Made by a program: the position numbers and the translations under genes
Source of the DNA: Pseudomonadota bacterium
GTDB lineage: Bacteria; Pseudomonadota; Gammaproteobacteria; Enterobacterales; JBCCZV01
Direction of reading: 5' to 3'
DNA length: 58,831 nucleotides
Assembly (NCBI GenBank): GCA_039187085.1
Contig: JBCCZV010000006.1
Span: forward strand, 1 to 58,831
The notes under the pieces: generated by a model
Seen by the model: the letters and a program-made list of their open reading frames with translations, nothing else
Told to the model about the DNA's origin: nothing
Databases searched by the model: none
In this document: in pieces, positions 22,216 through 32,557 of the stretch
Numbering within the stretch: the first letter of the stretch is position 1
How the letters are laid out: each line of letters starts with the position of its first letter

Positions 22216-22298
22216 TGTTTTTTATATCATATGGACTGGCTTTAAGAGGTTAAAGAGTTTTTTTGCTGTCTGTTTTAAAAAAATTAGGACCATCATCT

Positions 22299-23054
22299 AT
22301 GCCAATTTTTCGCACCAATGAATTATGCCTGATATTTGGAGTATCTTTATTCATTACAATATTAATTATTTTATCGTTATCATTCGATTGGTTTCGAGAA
22401 GGCAAAAAAGAATGGCCAGAACGAAAGCATCCGCGTTTACCGTATAATTATGAACGTTATGGCATTGTACCGGGTGAGCGCAGTCAGATAACTATTCATG
22501 GTATTGTGCTTTGGACGCCGGAGGAGCACCGCTATGAGTTATCACCTTCGTGGTGGTTGAGCGGTCCCAAAGAGGCTTCTGTTATGGAAATCTACCCGGA
22601 GTTCACGCATTGGTTACCTCGGGAAAATAAAGCGGATAAAAATGCAGGCGAGGTGAGGATCAAGCTGTGGTACAAAGGCGATGAGGTAGATTATTCTCTG
22701 TTGGATTTTCAATGGCAGGATGAAGATTGGATTGCGGTTATAGCTCGGCCAGAATTAGGTTTAACGGAATATCGCAGAGCCCATAGAGGCTGGGGGTATG
22801 TCACCTTTCAATCACAGGATAATGTTTTACTTACGCCTAATGCTCCGCAACTTACCATCAAATGTTCTGAAGGATTGAGTGGTATTGCGTTTGATTATGA
22901 GCAGTGTTGGAGCGGCTATCGTTTGCCTAATGGTTTGCGGGTGTGGTTCTTTTTTCATAAGGCGTTGTTGCCACATTGGAAGGCACTGTATCAATTCACG
23001 GACAAAAAGGTGCAGTCTTTGTTAGTGGCACCCAATAACGAGGTGTTCTCATGA
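22299..23054 (+). CDS. Membrane-anchored hypothetical protein, putative orphan immunity A
   Basis: AGGA RBS; one N-terminal TM helix; paralog of the next gene (GWGYVTFQ, QCWSGY, WFFFHKALLPHW). Confidence 0.7.
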   Translation: MPIFRTNELCLIFGVSLFITILIILSLSFDWFREGKKEWPERKHPRLPYNYERYGIVPGERSQITIHGIVLWTPEEHRYELSPSWWLSGPKEASVMEIYPEFTHWLPRENKADKNAGEVRIKLWYKGDEVDYSLLDFQWQDEDWIAVIARPELGLTEYRRAHRGWGYVTFQSQDNVLLTPNAPQLTIKCSEGLSGIAFDYEQCWSGYRLPNGLRVWFFFHKALLPHWKALYQFTDKKVQSLLVAPNNEVFS

Positions 23055-23767
23055 TATGGATGATTTTACGGTGTTTGGTGCTGATCCCATTAACGGTTGT
23101 AGGCATGTTGGCGTTGTTTCTTTGGGTGTATCCGGGCGGTCCAGCCACACCGTATGTTGGTACGCCAGAGTACTATGCGGCTTATGGCTTTGTGCCAGGG
23201 CAAAGCAACACCCTGTTGCTGGGGAAAACTTTACTCACGTTACCGCCTGGGCCACGCTATACCTTTGAGTCGTCCACCAAAACTATAGAAAAAGGTAAAG
23301 CCTCGAAAGTGTTATTTCGCATGGACTTTAGTCATCTGCTCGGTATTGCTGAGGATGCTTTGCCACATCAACGTAAATATGTACGTGTGCGGCTCTTTTA
23401 TGCTGGTCCGATTAATCGTAATGAACATGATTTGCGGTTGTCGCCTGAGCAATGGCATCGAGTAATTGATCGTGAAGACTGGGGGTTGTGGGAATTTCAC
23501 CGAGCAGGTTTTAGAACAGGCTGGGGCTACCTTAGTTTTCAAGCAAAAGATGGGCAGGTGGAAATACCGGTCAATGGTGCTTTGCATTTTAGATGTGCGG
23601 GAATGGAGGATAATAGACACGATTACAGTCAATGTTGGGGAGGTATGCAAATGCAGCATAATCTGCGTTTTTGGTTTTTTGTACCCAAAGCATTAATGCC
23701 GCATTGGCAAGTGGTGTATGAGACGATTCTCAAAAACATTCAAGGGTTTGTGGTGCAGATTCATTAA
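23051..23767 (+). CDS. Membrane-anchored hypothetical protein, putative orphan immunity B
   Basis: ATGA-coupled to the previous gene; N-terminal TM; GWGYLSFQ, QCWGGM, WFFVPKALMPHW. Confidence 0.7.
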   Translation: MIWMILRCLVLIPLTVVGMLALFLWVYPGGPATPYVGTPEYYAAYGFVPGQSNTLLLGKTLLTLPPGPRYTFESSTKTIEKGKASKVLFRMDFSHLLGIAEDALPHQRKYVRVRLFYAGPINRNEHDLRLSPEQWHRVIDREDWGLWEFHRAGFRTGWGYLSFQAKDGQVEIPVNGALHFRCAGMEDNRHDYSQCWGGMQMQHNLRFWFFVPKALMPHWQVVYETILKNIQGFVVQIH

Positions 23768-24131
23768 TTGATTTTAACGTGGAGTTTGAATAATCATAGC
23801 AAAATTTAGAGTGAAGGATGAAAACCATCAGGAGGTGGACAATTAAAAGATAGAGAAAGAGTGAAGATAAATACGTTCATGTCATTGAATACCATAACGA
23901 AATGATAACAACACAAAAGGAAAATACCATGAGTTACGTGTTTGAAAACATTACACAAGATTATGTGGAAAAAATTTTGAAAGATGCTAAAACAAATTCA
24001 AGTGTTGAACTGAGTTTGAAGCACCGTAAATATTTTGAAAATAAACGAGAGACGGAGCAAGAAACACCGTGGGCGATTAATCGTGAAATCGATTGCTACT
24101 TTATGAAAACGCCAAAAATTGATATTCGTTC
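23755..24131 (+). repeat. Direct repeat of 24664-25040 (spacer plus 5' half of the partner gene)
   Basis: Near-identical from GCAGATTCATTAATTGATTTTAACGTGGAGTTTGAATAATC through ...GATATTCGTTC. Confidence 0.9.
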
Positions 24132-24348
24132 ACCCAATGAAAATTTTATGTTTTTCTTTGCTGGGCAGATGTATCGACTAGTTTTAACTCGTAAACCAAG
24201 AGCTTTGAAATTTGATCGTAAAGTGCCTGAAGCGCATCAGCAAGCAGCTATCGTCGAATTGAATAAAGCCTATAAAGCTTTTGGGGTGATAGGTCAAGGT
24301 GAAAACTCTAAGCAATGGATGGATTTTAATGTGGAGTTTGCATCATGA
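23929..24348 (+). CDS. Putative cytoplasmic immunity/partner protein, copy 2 (chimeric, orphan)
   Basis: N-half matches copy 3, C-half matches copy 1; RBS AAGGA. Confidence 0.72.
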   Translation: MSYVFENITQDYVEKILKDAKTNSSVELSLKHRKYFENKRETEQETPWAINREIDCYFMKTPKIDIRSPNENFMFFFAGQMYRLVLTRKPRALKFDRKVPEAHQQAAIVELNKAYKAFGVIGQGENSKQWMDFNVEFAS

Positions 24349-24425
24349 TGGAAAGAACTTACAGAAGCGCTCTTGAAGAACTACGTAGCCGTGATCCTAT
24401 TACCAATATGCCAGTATTGGTTTGA
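24345..24425 (+). pseudogene. RTX1 N-terminal stub (MMERTYRSALEELRSRDP...), 26 aa
   Basis: First 18 codons match the RTX1 start, then divergence and a stop. Confidence 0.85.
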
Positions 24426-24459
24426 ATCCCGTTTTGATTTAGCGAAATAACAACACAAT

Positions 24460-24588
24460 TGTCAAAAATGAATAGCGCACTAAAAATTTTTTAAAAAGCT
24501 CCCTTGACATCATCAAGTCATCACATAGTATAACGTTTAATCGTTTAGGAAAGCCATCTCATAAAAGGATGCATCTCATACTTTATTC
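24460..24588 (+). promoter_or_regulatory. Conserved cassette promoter/leader, copy 2
   Basis: TTGACA (24504)-16 bp-TAGTAT; near-identical to 22087-22215. Confidence 0.75.
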
Positions 24589-24837
24589 TTATTGTTTATA
24601 CCACTTGAATTTTTTTAAATTAAGGAATTTTTTCCATTAACAAAAATTATATTTTTTTGCGGCGCAGATTCATTAATTGATTTTAACGTGGAGTTTGAAT
24701 AATCATAGCAAAATTTAGAGTGAGGGATGAAAACCATCAGGAGGTGGACAATTAAAAGATAAAGATAGAGTGAAGATAAATACGTTTATGTCATTGAGCA
24801 TCATAACGAAATGATAACAACACAAAAGGAAAATACC

Positions 24838-25257
24838 ATGAGTTACGTGTTTGAAAACATCACGCAAGATGATGTAGAAAAAATTTTGAAAGATGCTAAA
24901 ACAAATTCAAGTATCGATCTGAGTTTGAAGCACCGTAAATATTTTGAAAATAAACGAGAGACGGAGCAAGAAACACCGTGGGCTATTAATCGTGAAATCG
25001 ATTGCTATTTTATGAAAACGCCAAAAATTGATATTCGTTCGCCTTTTGAAAACTACATGTTTTTCTTTTCTGGGCAAATGTACCGATTGGTTTTAACTGA
25101 GATACCAAGGAAATTAACTTTTGATTGCAAAATTCCTAAACTTCAAAAACAAGAAGCGATTACTGAATTGAATAAAGCATACAAAACTTTTGGGCTTTTT
25201 GGAGAAGGTGAAAGATCGCACCAATGGATAGATTTTGACGTGGAGTTTGTATCATGA
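24838..25257 (+). CDS. Putative cognate immunity/partner protein of RTX1, copy 3
   Basis: ATGA translational coupling to RTX1; paralog of copies 1 and 2. Confidence 0.75.
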   Translation: MSYVFENITQDDVEKILKDAKTNSSIDLSLKHRKYFENKRETEQETPWAINREIDCYFMKTPKIDIRSPFENYMFFFSGQMYRLVLTEIPRKLTFDCKIPKLQKQEAITELNKAYKTFGLFGEGERSHQWIDFDVEFVS

Positions 25258-28200
25258 TGGAAAGAACTTACAGAAGCGCTCTTGAAGAGCTACGCAGCCG
25301 TGATCCTGCAACTGGTGCGTTGAAAACTTTTAGTTTGGATGAACTGCTACAGCTGGTGGATGATGTATCAGGTAAGGTATTAAGTAGTCAGCCAGGAGAT
25401 ACCTATTTATTATTCAGTGGAGTAACTCCGAATGGAGTTTCTGGTTCTGAAATTACGGGTAAGCTGGCGACTTTTGCCAATGCAGATATCTACGATATTG
25501 GTAGCAGTGAAATTGGTAAGCTACTCACTGATGATAATTTTTTAAATGCATTGAATCGGACTATTGCTCAAGAAGAATTGGGTATTAATTTCACTGATGC
25601 AACTCAGAATCAATTAAATCAGATTAGCGATATAGCAGAAAAAATATTATTTGGAAAAGATACCAATGGAAACCGTGTGGATTCTGCCTCTTTTTGGGAT
25701 CTGGCCTCAGAAAAATATGTGTCTGCGGCTGAAGGTAATTTTAAATTAGTCTTACCCGATGCCTTAAGCGATACCAGTGTGTTTGTGCAAAGTGAACTAC
25801 CTGCCTTATTGAATAATACTAACATTGATGAAATTGATGGTGTTTCCCCGAGCGGAACTCAAAGCCTTAGTGGATTCACAAGGCATTGATGCAGTAAAAC
25901 AAGTGCTCGTGGCTAACTCATTTACACAACTGGTGTTATCCGGCCTTAATGTGGAAACGGCTGATGATATTTCACAAGCCGCCATTGATCGTTTTGTAGA
26001 TTTTGATATTAATCGTTTAAATGCCGAAGGTCTAAGTCCCGAACAAATTAATCTAATGCAAGAAGCGTTGGGACAAGTTGATAGTGACTTAAGAAGCTAT
26101 CTTAAAAATGGTAGCGATATCGCTCTCGATTTTGGTAAATCTCTCGGTGATAAATTGTTAAGAGCTTTAGGGCCGATTGGTATTACGCTCAGCTTTATGA
26201 TTGCCAGTGAAGAAGCGAGTGCCTTAGAGGCTGCAGGCAACTCCGAAGCGGCCAAAGAGCGCATGGAGTTATGGGCTGTAGAGTCGGCCTCTTCAGAAGC
26301 CGCAGGTGTGGCTTCGGGAACTATCGCAGGCATTGGTGCTGCTGCATTGGTTGCTGCGGGTATCATCTCTGCTCCAGTTGCTATTGTTACTGTGATAGGT
26401 GCGAGCTTGGCGGGTGGCTATTTCGGTGCCGAAGGGGGCAATGCTTTTTACGATTGGTTAAAAGCAGGTAGTCCTGAAAAACGAGAACAACTGATTGCGG
26501 ATTTGAGCCGGTTATTCTTTGGTGATGAAATCAATCTACCTGAAGATATCCGCGATGGTAACTTTAATTTCTCTAACTTGGATTATGTCATTCGTAGTAT
26601 TCGTGAAACACCGGCTGAAATTGTTGATAATGCGCGGAGTGATCAAGCGTGGGCTTATGCTATTCGAGAGTTAAACAGTTTCGTGGTAGAAGGAGCCAAC
26701 TATGCTCAACACAATACCGATGGCTCTTTGGATTTGAGTAACCTGAGTGATGAATATTTAACATCACGTGCACAAATGATCGTTATCAAGGGTTTGTTTG
26801 ATCGTTTAGGTTTTGATTACGATGATCGGTTAAATACATTTTTGGGTTTATTGCCAGCCCCGATTGACGGTGATTATATATACACAGACATGACATCGGG
26901 TTTGACTTTAGACGTTGACGGTTTTAATCCTTTAACATTAGAAAGCCATCGCATCACCTTTGGTAGTCAAAATGGTGAGCGGATAGAAGGCGGTAGTATT
27001 GAAGACGAACTTTATGGTATGTCGGGTGATGATGTTCTAGTTGGACAAGCTGGAAATGATTATTTAGAAGGCGGCGAAGGCAACGATACTTACATTTTTA
27101 ATACAGGAGATGGTCAAGACATCATTCGTGATCAACAAGGATTGAATCAGTTGGTGATCAATGGCAATACCATTCGTCAACTGCAAGCGGTTATCGGTAA
27201 CTTAGGCGTGTATCAAGCGGTTGATAACAGTGGTAATCTTCTGGATGAAAACACCTTGTATATTATTAATGGTAATCGCTTAATCATTACTGTGGGTGGT
27301 GTAAATAGTGGTGATTTTATCACCGTAGAAAACTTCGATTTAGCCAACAACGCTTTTGGTATTAATCAAGAAGCTCTAGAACCTGAAGAGCCAATCACCG
27401 ATAACGCATTTGTTTGGAATGCTGAAAATTTAGAAGCGCGTTATGGTGCTAATTTCTTGAATAATGCCGGTTATTTTTTAGCGTATGAGCGTATTACTAA
27501 AGGAGGATGGGATCATTCACAATCGATGGTTTATGATGCGATTAACGATCCTTATTTGATTGAGCAAGATGGGCGTACGCTAGGACGTTTTGAAGGTTCA
27601 GGCATTAATGACAACCTGGTTGGTGGGGATAATGTTTTTAATGACCTGAGTGGTCTGGCAGGCGATGATAACATTACAGCGGGCAATATTGGCGGGTTTT
27701 ATATCGGTGGACAAGGCTCCGATGTGCTCACCGGTGGTTTAGGGAATGATTTTATTTGGGGGGGCGATAACTGGCAAAACCGTCAAAATTTCTTGAATCA
27801 AAGCCAAAGTCTTTTTGATTTTTACAATGAAAATTTGCAGGAAACGGTGGGTGATAGTAATCGCATTGTGGGCGGTGCCGGTAATGATGTGATTTCCGCA
27901 GGTGCTTTCGATGATTTTGTTCGCGGTGGCGAAGATAATGATATTGTTTTTGGCGAAACCGGTAGCGATATTCTCTATGGTGAAGCGGGTAACGATACCG
28001 TATTGGGCGATTCGCGCAGTGCGTTTAGCATCAATGTTGCCAATGGTGAAGTGATACGTAGTGCGTATTTTGAATTCTTTAATGACATTGATAATAGTGT
28101 TGTCGCCTCTACCGATTTCGATGATGTCATCAATGGAGGCGCGGGTAATGACAGCCTATACGGTGAGCGAGGCAATGATTTTATTCTTGCTGAAACGGGT

Positions 28201-30792
28201 AACGATGTGATTCAAGGTGATCGGGTTTACACCTATTCTTCCGCCAACCTTATCACTAACTTAAGCGAAAACGCCACTCAAGCGGCATTCACATTATCAG
28301 GACAGTTTCACGGTGATGATGTCATTTATGCGGGGGTCGGTAATGATACTGTGTTAGGTAACGGCGGCAATGATACCATTTATGCCGGTGCTGATAACGA
28401 TTTTGTTTTGGGTGACGACCATGTTACTGATGAACAATATCACGGTAATGATATCCTGTATGGTGAAGGTGGTGATGATACATTGATAGGTGGCATGGGT
28501 AATGATCAACTCTATGGTGGTGCCGATAATGATACGCTGTTAGGTGATGGCGAAGTGATTGAGGAACAAGGTGGACCGAACCAGAGCTTATTTCGTTTTC
28601 GAGATAACCCACAATTTACTGAAGGTGGGGATGATGTTATCGATGGTGGTAGTGGTAACGATACGCTGTTTGGTGGTGCAGGTGATGATCTATTGTTGGG
28701 AGGTAGTGGTAACGACGCACTTTTGGGTGGTCGTGACAATGATTATCTCAATGGTGGTGCAGGTGATGATGAACTGCAGGGCAATCAAGGCGATGACATT
28801 CTCAATGGTGGCAATGGTAATGATGTTTATGTTTACGAACAAAATGCGGGCTTAGACCGTATCGAGCAAGCGGGCGATGGTACGGATACGTTATTTTTCA
28901 ATCAAATCACATTAGATCGTTTATCGTTCTCGCAAGAGGGTAACGATTTATTGATTCTTGTCGATGGTAACGCGGATCAAGGCATACGTGTCGTCAATCA
29001 CTTTTTAGGTGGTGATGCTGCGATTGAACAAATTCAAGCTCAAGGTGCTAATACACTCTTTATAAGAGATATTGAGCGTCTTGTTGCCAGTGATATCGCC
29101 AAAGGTGATTTTGATCAAGTCTTTACAGGCACAGCAACAGATGATGAGCAATTAGTAGGTAACACAGGTAATGATCGTGTGAGAGGGCTTGCAGGTAAGG
29201 ATATCTTGTTTGGGTTACAGGGGGATGATCTATTAGAAGGTGGCTCTGATAATGATAGACTGATCGGTGGTGATGGTAGCAGCACTAATTCAGGGGCTGA
29301 CACCTTAGTGGGTGGAGAAGGTAACGATTATTTACGCGGTCAAGATGGTAATGATACTTACATTGGTGGTAGTGGGAATGATAGTTTTATTTATGAAGCG
29401 ATGAATGGGACTAAAGTGATTGATGATCAAGGTGGTGGTATTGATACCTTGTATTTGCAAGATTTTGCCATCGAAGATTTTGCCATCGAAGAGATTGCAT
29501 TTTATCGTGATGGCGATGACCTTATTATTTTACCTGAGAATGATGTGTCTCAAAAAATTGAAGTGTTGAAACATTTTACCGATGTGAATAATACATTAGA
29601 GTTTATTCTCTATGGCGAAGATGCGCTGCAAGCCAGTGTGTTTGACCTCACTCAAAACATAGAAGCCTATCCCGGTGATGATGCCTTGGGCGGCAGTACG
29701 CCACCTGATACCGGAAATCCGGATGGTGGAACGACTCCTGGTGCAGGTAGTCCTGGTGGTTGGGATGGTGATGATACGGTTATTGGTACAACCAATGATG
29801 ATCTGCTGGTGGGTGGTCTGGGTGATGATAGCTTAGAAGGTCAAGCGGGTAATGACTTCTTAATGGGTGGTGTAGGTGATGATACCTATATCATTGACGG
29901 TGCAAGTAATGATGTGATCGTTGATACTGATGGCGTTAATCGTGTGCAGTTTGCACAAGGTATTGGGATTAATGATGTCACTTCCGGTTTGACTCGCGCT
30001 AATGACGATTTAGTGATCACGATTGCATCTACTGGTAATCAATTGCGCATTAGTGATTTTTTTAGTGTGACCAACACGATAGCCACCTTTGAATTTGCCG
30101 ATGGAGCACGAATCCAGGCCGAACAAATCTATGGGGCTAATGCGCCTGTTAATAGTGTTTCCAGTGGAGAGTTACTGTTTGCAACGGATACACAACCTAA
30201 TGTATTAGGCACTGATTTGAGCGAAGTGATTATGGGTAATGATGCCGATAATGAGCTCAATGGTGCTGGAGGTGATGATTATCTTGCCGGTGGTGAAGGC
30301 AATGATATTTACCAAATTACAGCGAATCATGGTGTTGATACCATTATCGATCGTGATGGTAGTAACACATTACTTTTTAGCGCTGAAACAAATGTCACTG
30401 CCAGTAATTTCTTTGAGAAGCTTTCGGTGTTTAGTAATCTTGATGAGCTTTATATCGACACAGGGAGTGGACAAGTCATTGTTGAAGACTTCTTCTCTCT
30501 AGCCAATACGGTTTCAACCTTTACGTTTGCGGATGGTAGCCAATTGACATCTGAGGAGATTATCACTGCTTATGGAAGAACGCCTCCTTCACAAGAGGGT
30601 GATATTGTATTACCTGAATCAAGAGTGACTGAAACGTCTTTAGCAAGTATGGATGCTTCGCTGAGCTTGATAAAACAAACGGATTTATTGATCGATGCCT
30701 TGTCGAGTTTATCTCACAATGCTGACAACGAAGAGGTTGCTATCATTCAACCCAGGGAAAGTACGTTTATCACGGCGAGCACCAGTCTTTAG
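25254..30792 (+). pseudogene. RTX1: RTX/hemolysin-type Ca-binding T1SS substrate (~1845 aa) split by a +1 frameshift near 25845
   Basis: ORFs 25254-25889 and 25825-30792 join as ...IDEIDGV-PRAELKAL if one base of GTTTCCCC is removed; hydrophobic G/A-rich helices; many GGxGxDxLx nonapeptides; C-terminal QTDLLIDALSSL. Confidence 0.85.
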
Positions 30793-30801
30793 TGAGAAGT
30801 C

Positions 30802-30831
30802 ATTGCTGGATTGATGTTTCAATCCAGCAAT
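30802..30831 (+). terminator. Perfect 13-bp hairpin after RTX1
   Basis: ATTGCTGGATTGA-tgtt-TCAATCCAGCAAT; no U-tract. Confidence 0.55.
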
Positions 30832-30850
30832 CATAGTCGTTAAAAGCCTA

Positions 30851-31250
30851 CATGATCTGAAAAACTTTGATTGTGGAAAATCACCTATGATTGAATTTCT
30901 TTCTCGGTTTGGCATAAAGCACGGTAAGTTGGGATTAAGTAAAACGTACATACAAAAAAACTGATATTCCTGTGACAAAAAGTCTACTGAATTATCCTGT
31001 TCCAGTCGTGGTACTTGATACTCGCCCGCCTTGCCGCGAGTAAGCAGTACCATGCTAAAGGGTTGGGGAGTAAGTCATTAGTGTATGCACTTCGTCAAGG
31101 AGCTAATTTAAGCAAGGTTGGATTACCTACTTATTTGAGGTGTTAGATGATGAGGCATTGGCTTTTTGTCAGAAGTTCGATCTGTTTATGCCTTTTACCA
31201 AAGATCCGATGCGCCTTTTCGTGCCTATGAGTACACTTGAGCAAATTTGA
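30851..31250 (+). pseudogene. Degenerate GNAT toxin (TacT/AtaT/KacT-like) remnant
   Basis: Fragments in different frames: HDLKNFDCGKSPMIEFL...HGKLGLSKTY, YPVPVVVL, AKGLGSKSLVYAL, LDDEALAFCQKF...PMRLFVPMSTLEQI*. Confidence 0.75.
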
Positions 31251-31408
31251 GATTTGGACGTTCAACAAACAACATCCTTTCTTTTTAAAGAAGTAAACTT
31301 ACTGAAGTCTAATACGACGCTTGTAAATTTCAATTCTCGTTACCGACACAACACAAGTTTTTTAGAGTAATTTTTAAAAATCCAAATCCCATCATTTAAT
31401 AACACCAT

Positions 31409-31536
31409 TGTCAAAAACAAATGACAGCCTAAAAAAATTTAGAATGCTCTATTGACATCATGGAGTCATTACTTACTATACCCTTGACTTCTTAAGGAAA
31501 GTCATTGCATAAAAGGAACGACCTAATACTTTATTC
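31409..31536 (+). promoter_or_regulatory. Conserved cassette promoter/leader, copy 3 (diverged)
   Basis: TGTCA-N8-TGACA; TTGACA (31452)-16 bp-TACTAT; AGGAAAG..CATAAAAGGA..ATACTTTATTC conserved. Confidence 0.72.
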
Positions 31537-31570
31537 TTATTTTTCCCTTCATCTTTTTTTAGGAAAAGCG

Positions 31571-32557
31571 ATGTTACGACTTTTTATGGTGTTGTTTTAT
31601 TGGTTGATGAATCCATTAAATGCGGCAAGTTTTGATTGCAGCAAAGCCAGTCGCCCTTTGGATAAAACCATTTGTCAACATGCCCCGTTAAGCGAACTGG
31701 ATGAAAAAATGGCAAAGATGTATTTTGAGTTAAGAGAGTCGCTGCCGAGCCAGCAGGTCGAATCTTTGTTAAAAGCGCAACGACAGTGGTTAAAGGAGCG
31801 GAGTCAATCGTGCAAGACAACGGATGCTGATTGTCTAATTTCGATGTATCAAAAACGCTTGGAAGCCTTACAACAGCGTCTACAAACCCATTCAGCATTT
31901 TTAGCACAACGTGCTCAACAGGCGAAAGGCTGGCAATTACAATCCGGACAAGATAAACCGCTTTGTCAGGATGTATTAGCGACGCTACAGGCTAACTATC
32001 CCACGAGTTCACCACGCTTTTGGTTTTCACCCGAAGGGAAACCCTTTAAAGCATTGGATTGGGAGGTGCTTAATTACATGCCCTACAATATTTTATTGCA
32101 AGAAGCCCTATATGAAAAAAAATTATCCCCTGAAGGTTGGCTAAAGGAAATCGACCGCCTTGAGGCCCTGAGCCAACAAGATTTTTTGTCAGGGCGAGCA
32201 GTTTTACCCTGGGATTACGATGGTAATGGGACAAAAGAGGGGTTATTGCAAGTGTCTTGGTTGCAAGATGATGGGCGTTATCATGTGCAAAACTTTATCA
32301 TAGATTCAAGTCAAAAATACTCTAAATATCAGCATTCAGCCCATGTTCGACTCTTTACGCGTGGTAAACCGCCGGTGTTATCGGGTGAAGCGGTGTTATA
32401 TCAAGACCAGCTCTATGGGTTCGTTAAGCAAGGAAAATTTTGGCAATTGCGTCAGTATTTCAGTGAGATGTATCAAAAAGATCAAGGTGTGCCCGTTTCG
32501 CCAACTCTCTGTACCTTAGCACTGACATCGGTGAGTTTAGGAGGAGAGTCATCATGA
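31571..32557 (+). CDS. Exported LprI (DUF1311) lysozyme-inhibitor-domain protein, putative immunity for RTX2
   Basis: AGGA RBS, signal peptide, ASFDCSKA...TIC...LSELD...QRQWLKER...C...CL...Y..R LprI pattern; C-domain paralogous to the next gene. Confidence 0.85.
   Translation: MLRLFMVLFYWLMNPLNAASFDCSKASRPLDKTICQHAPLSELDEKMAKMYFELRESLPSQQVESLLKAQRQWLKERSQSCKTTDADCLISMYQKRLEALQQRLQTHSAFLAQRAQQAKGWQLQSGQDKPLCQDVLATLQANYPTSSPRFWFSPEGKPFKALDWEVLNYMPYNILLQEALYEKKLSPEGWLKEIDRLEALSQQDFLSGRAVLPWDYDGNGTKEGLLQVSWLQDDGRYHVQNFIIDSSQKYSKYQHSAHVRLFTRGKPPVLSGEAVLYQDQLYGFVKQGKFWQLRQYFSEMYQKDQGVPVSPTLCTLALTSVSLGGESS

Noticed and set aside
21568-25310. Repeats as a CRISPR array or integron attC cassettes
   Set aside because: The repeats are hundreds of bp of gene-containing duplication, not short regularly spaced units; no cas or integrase gene is present
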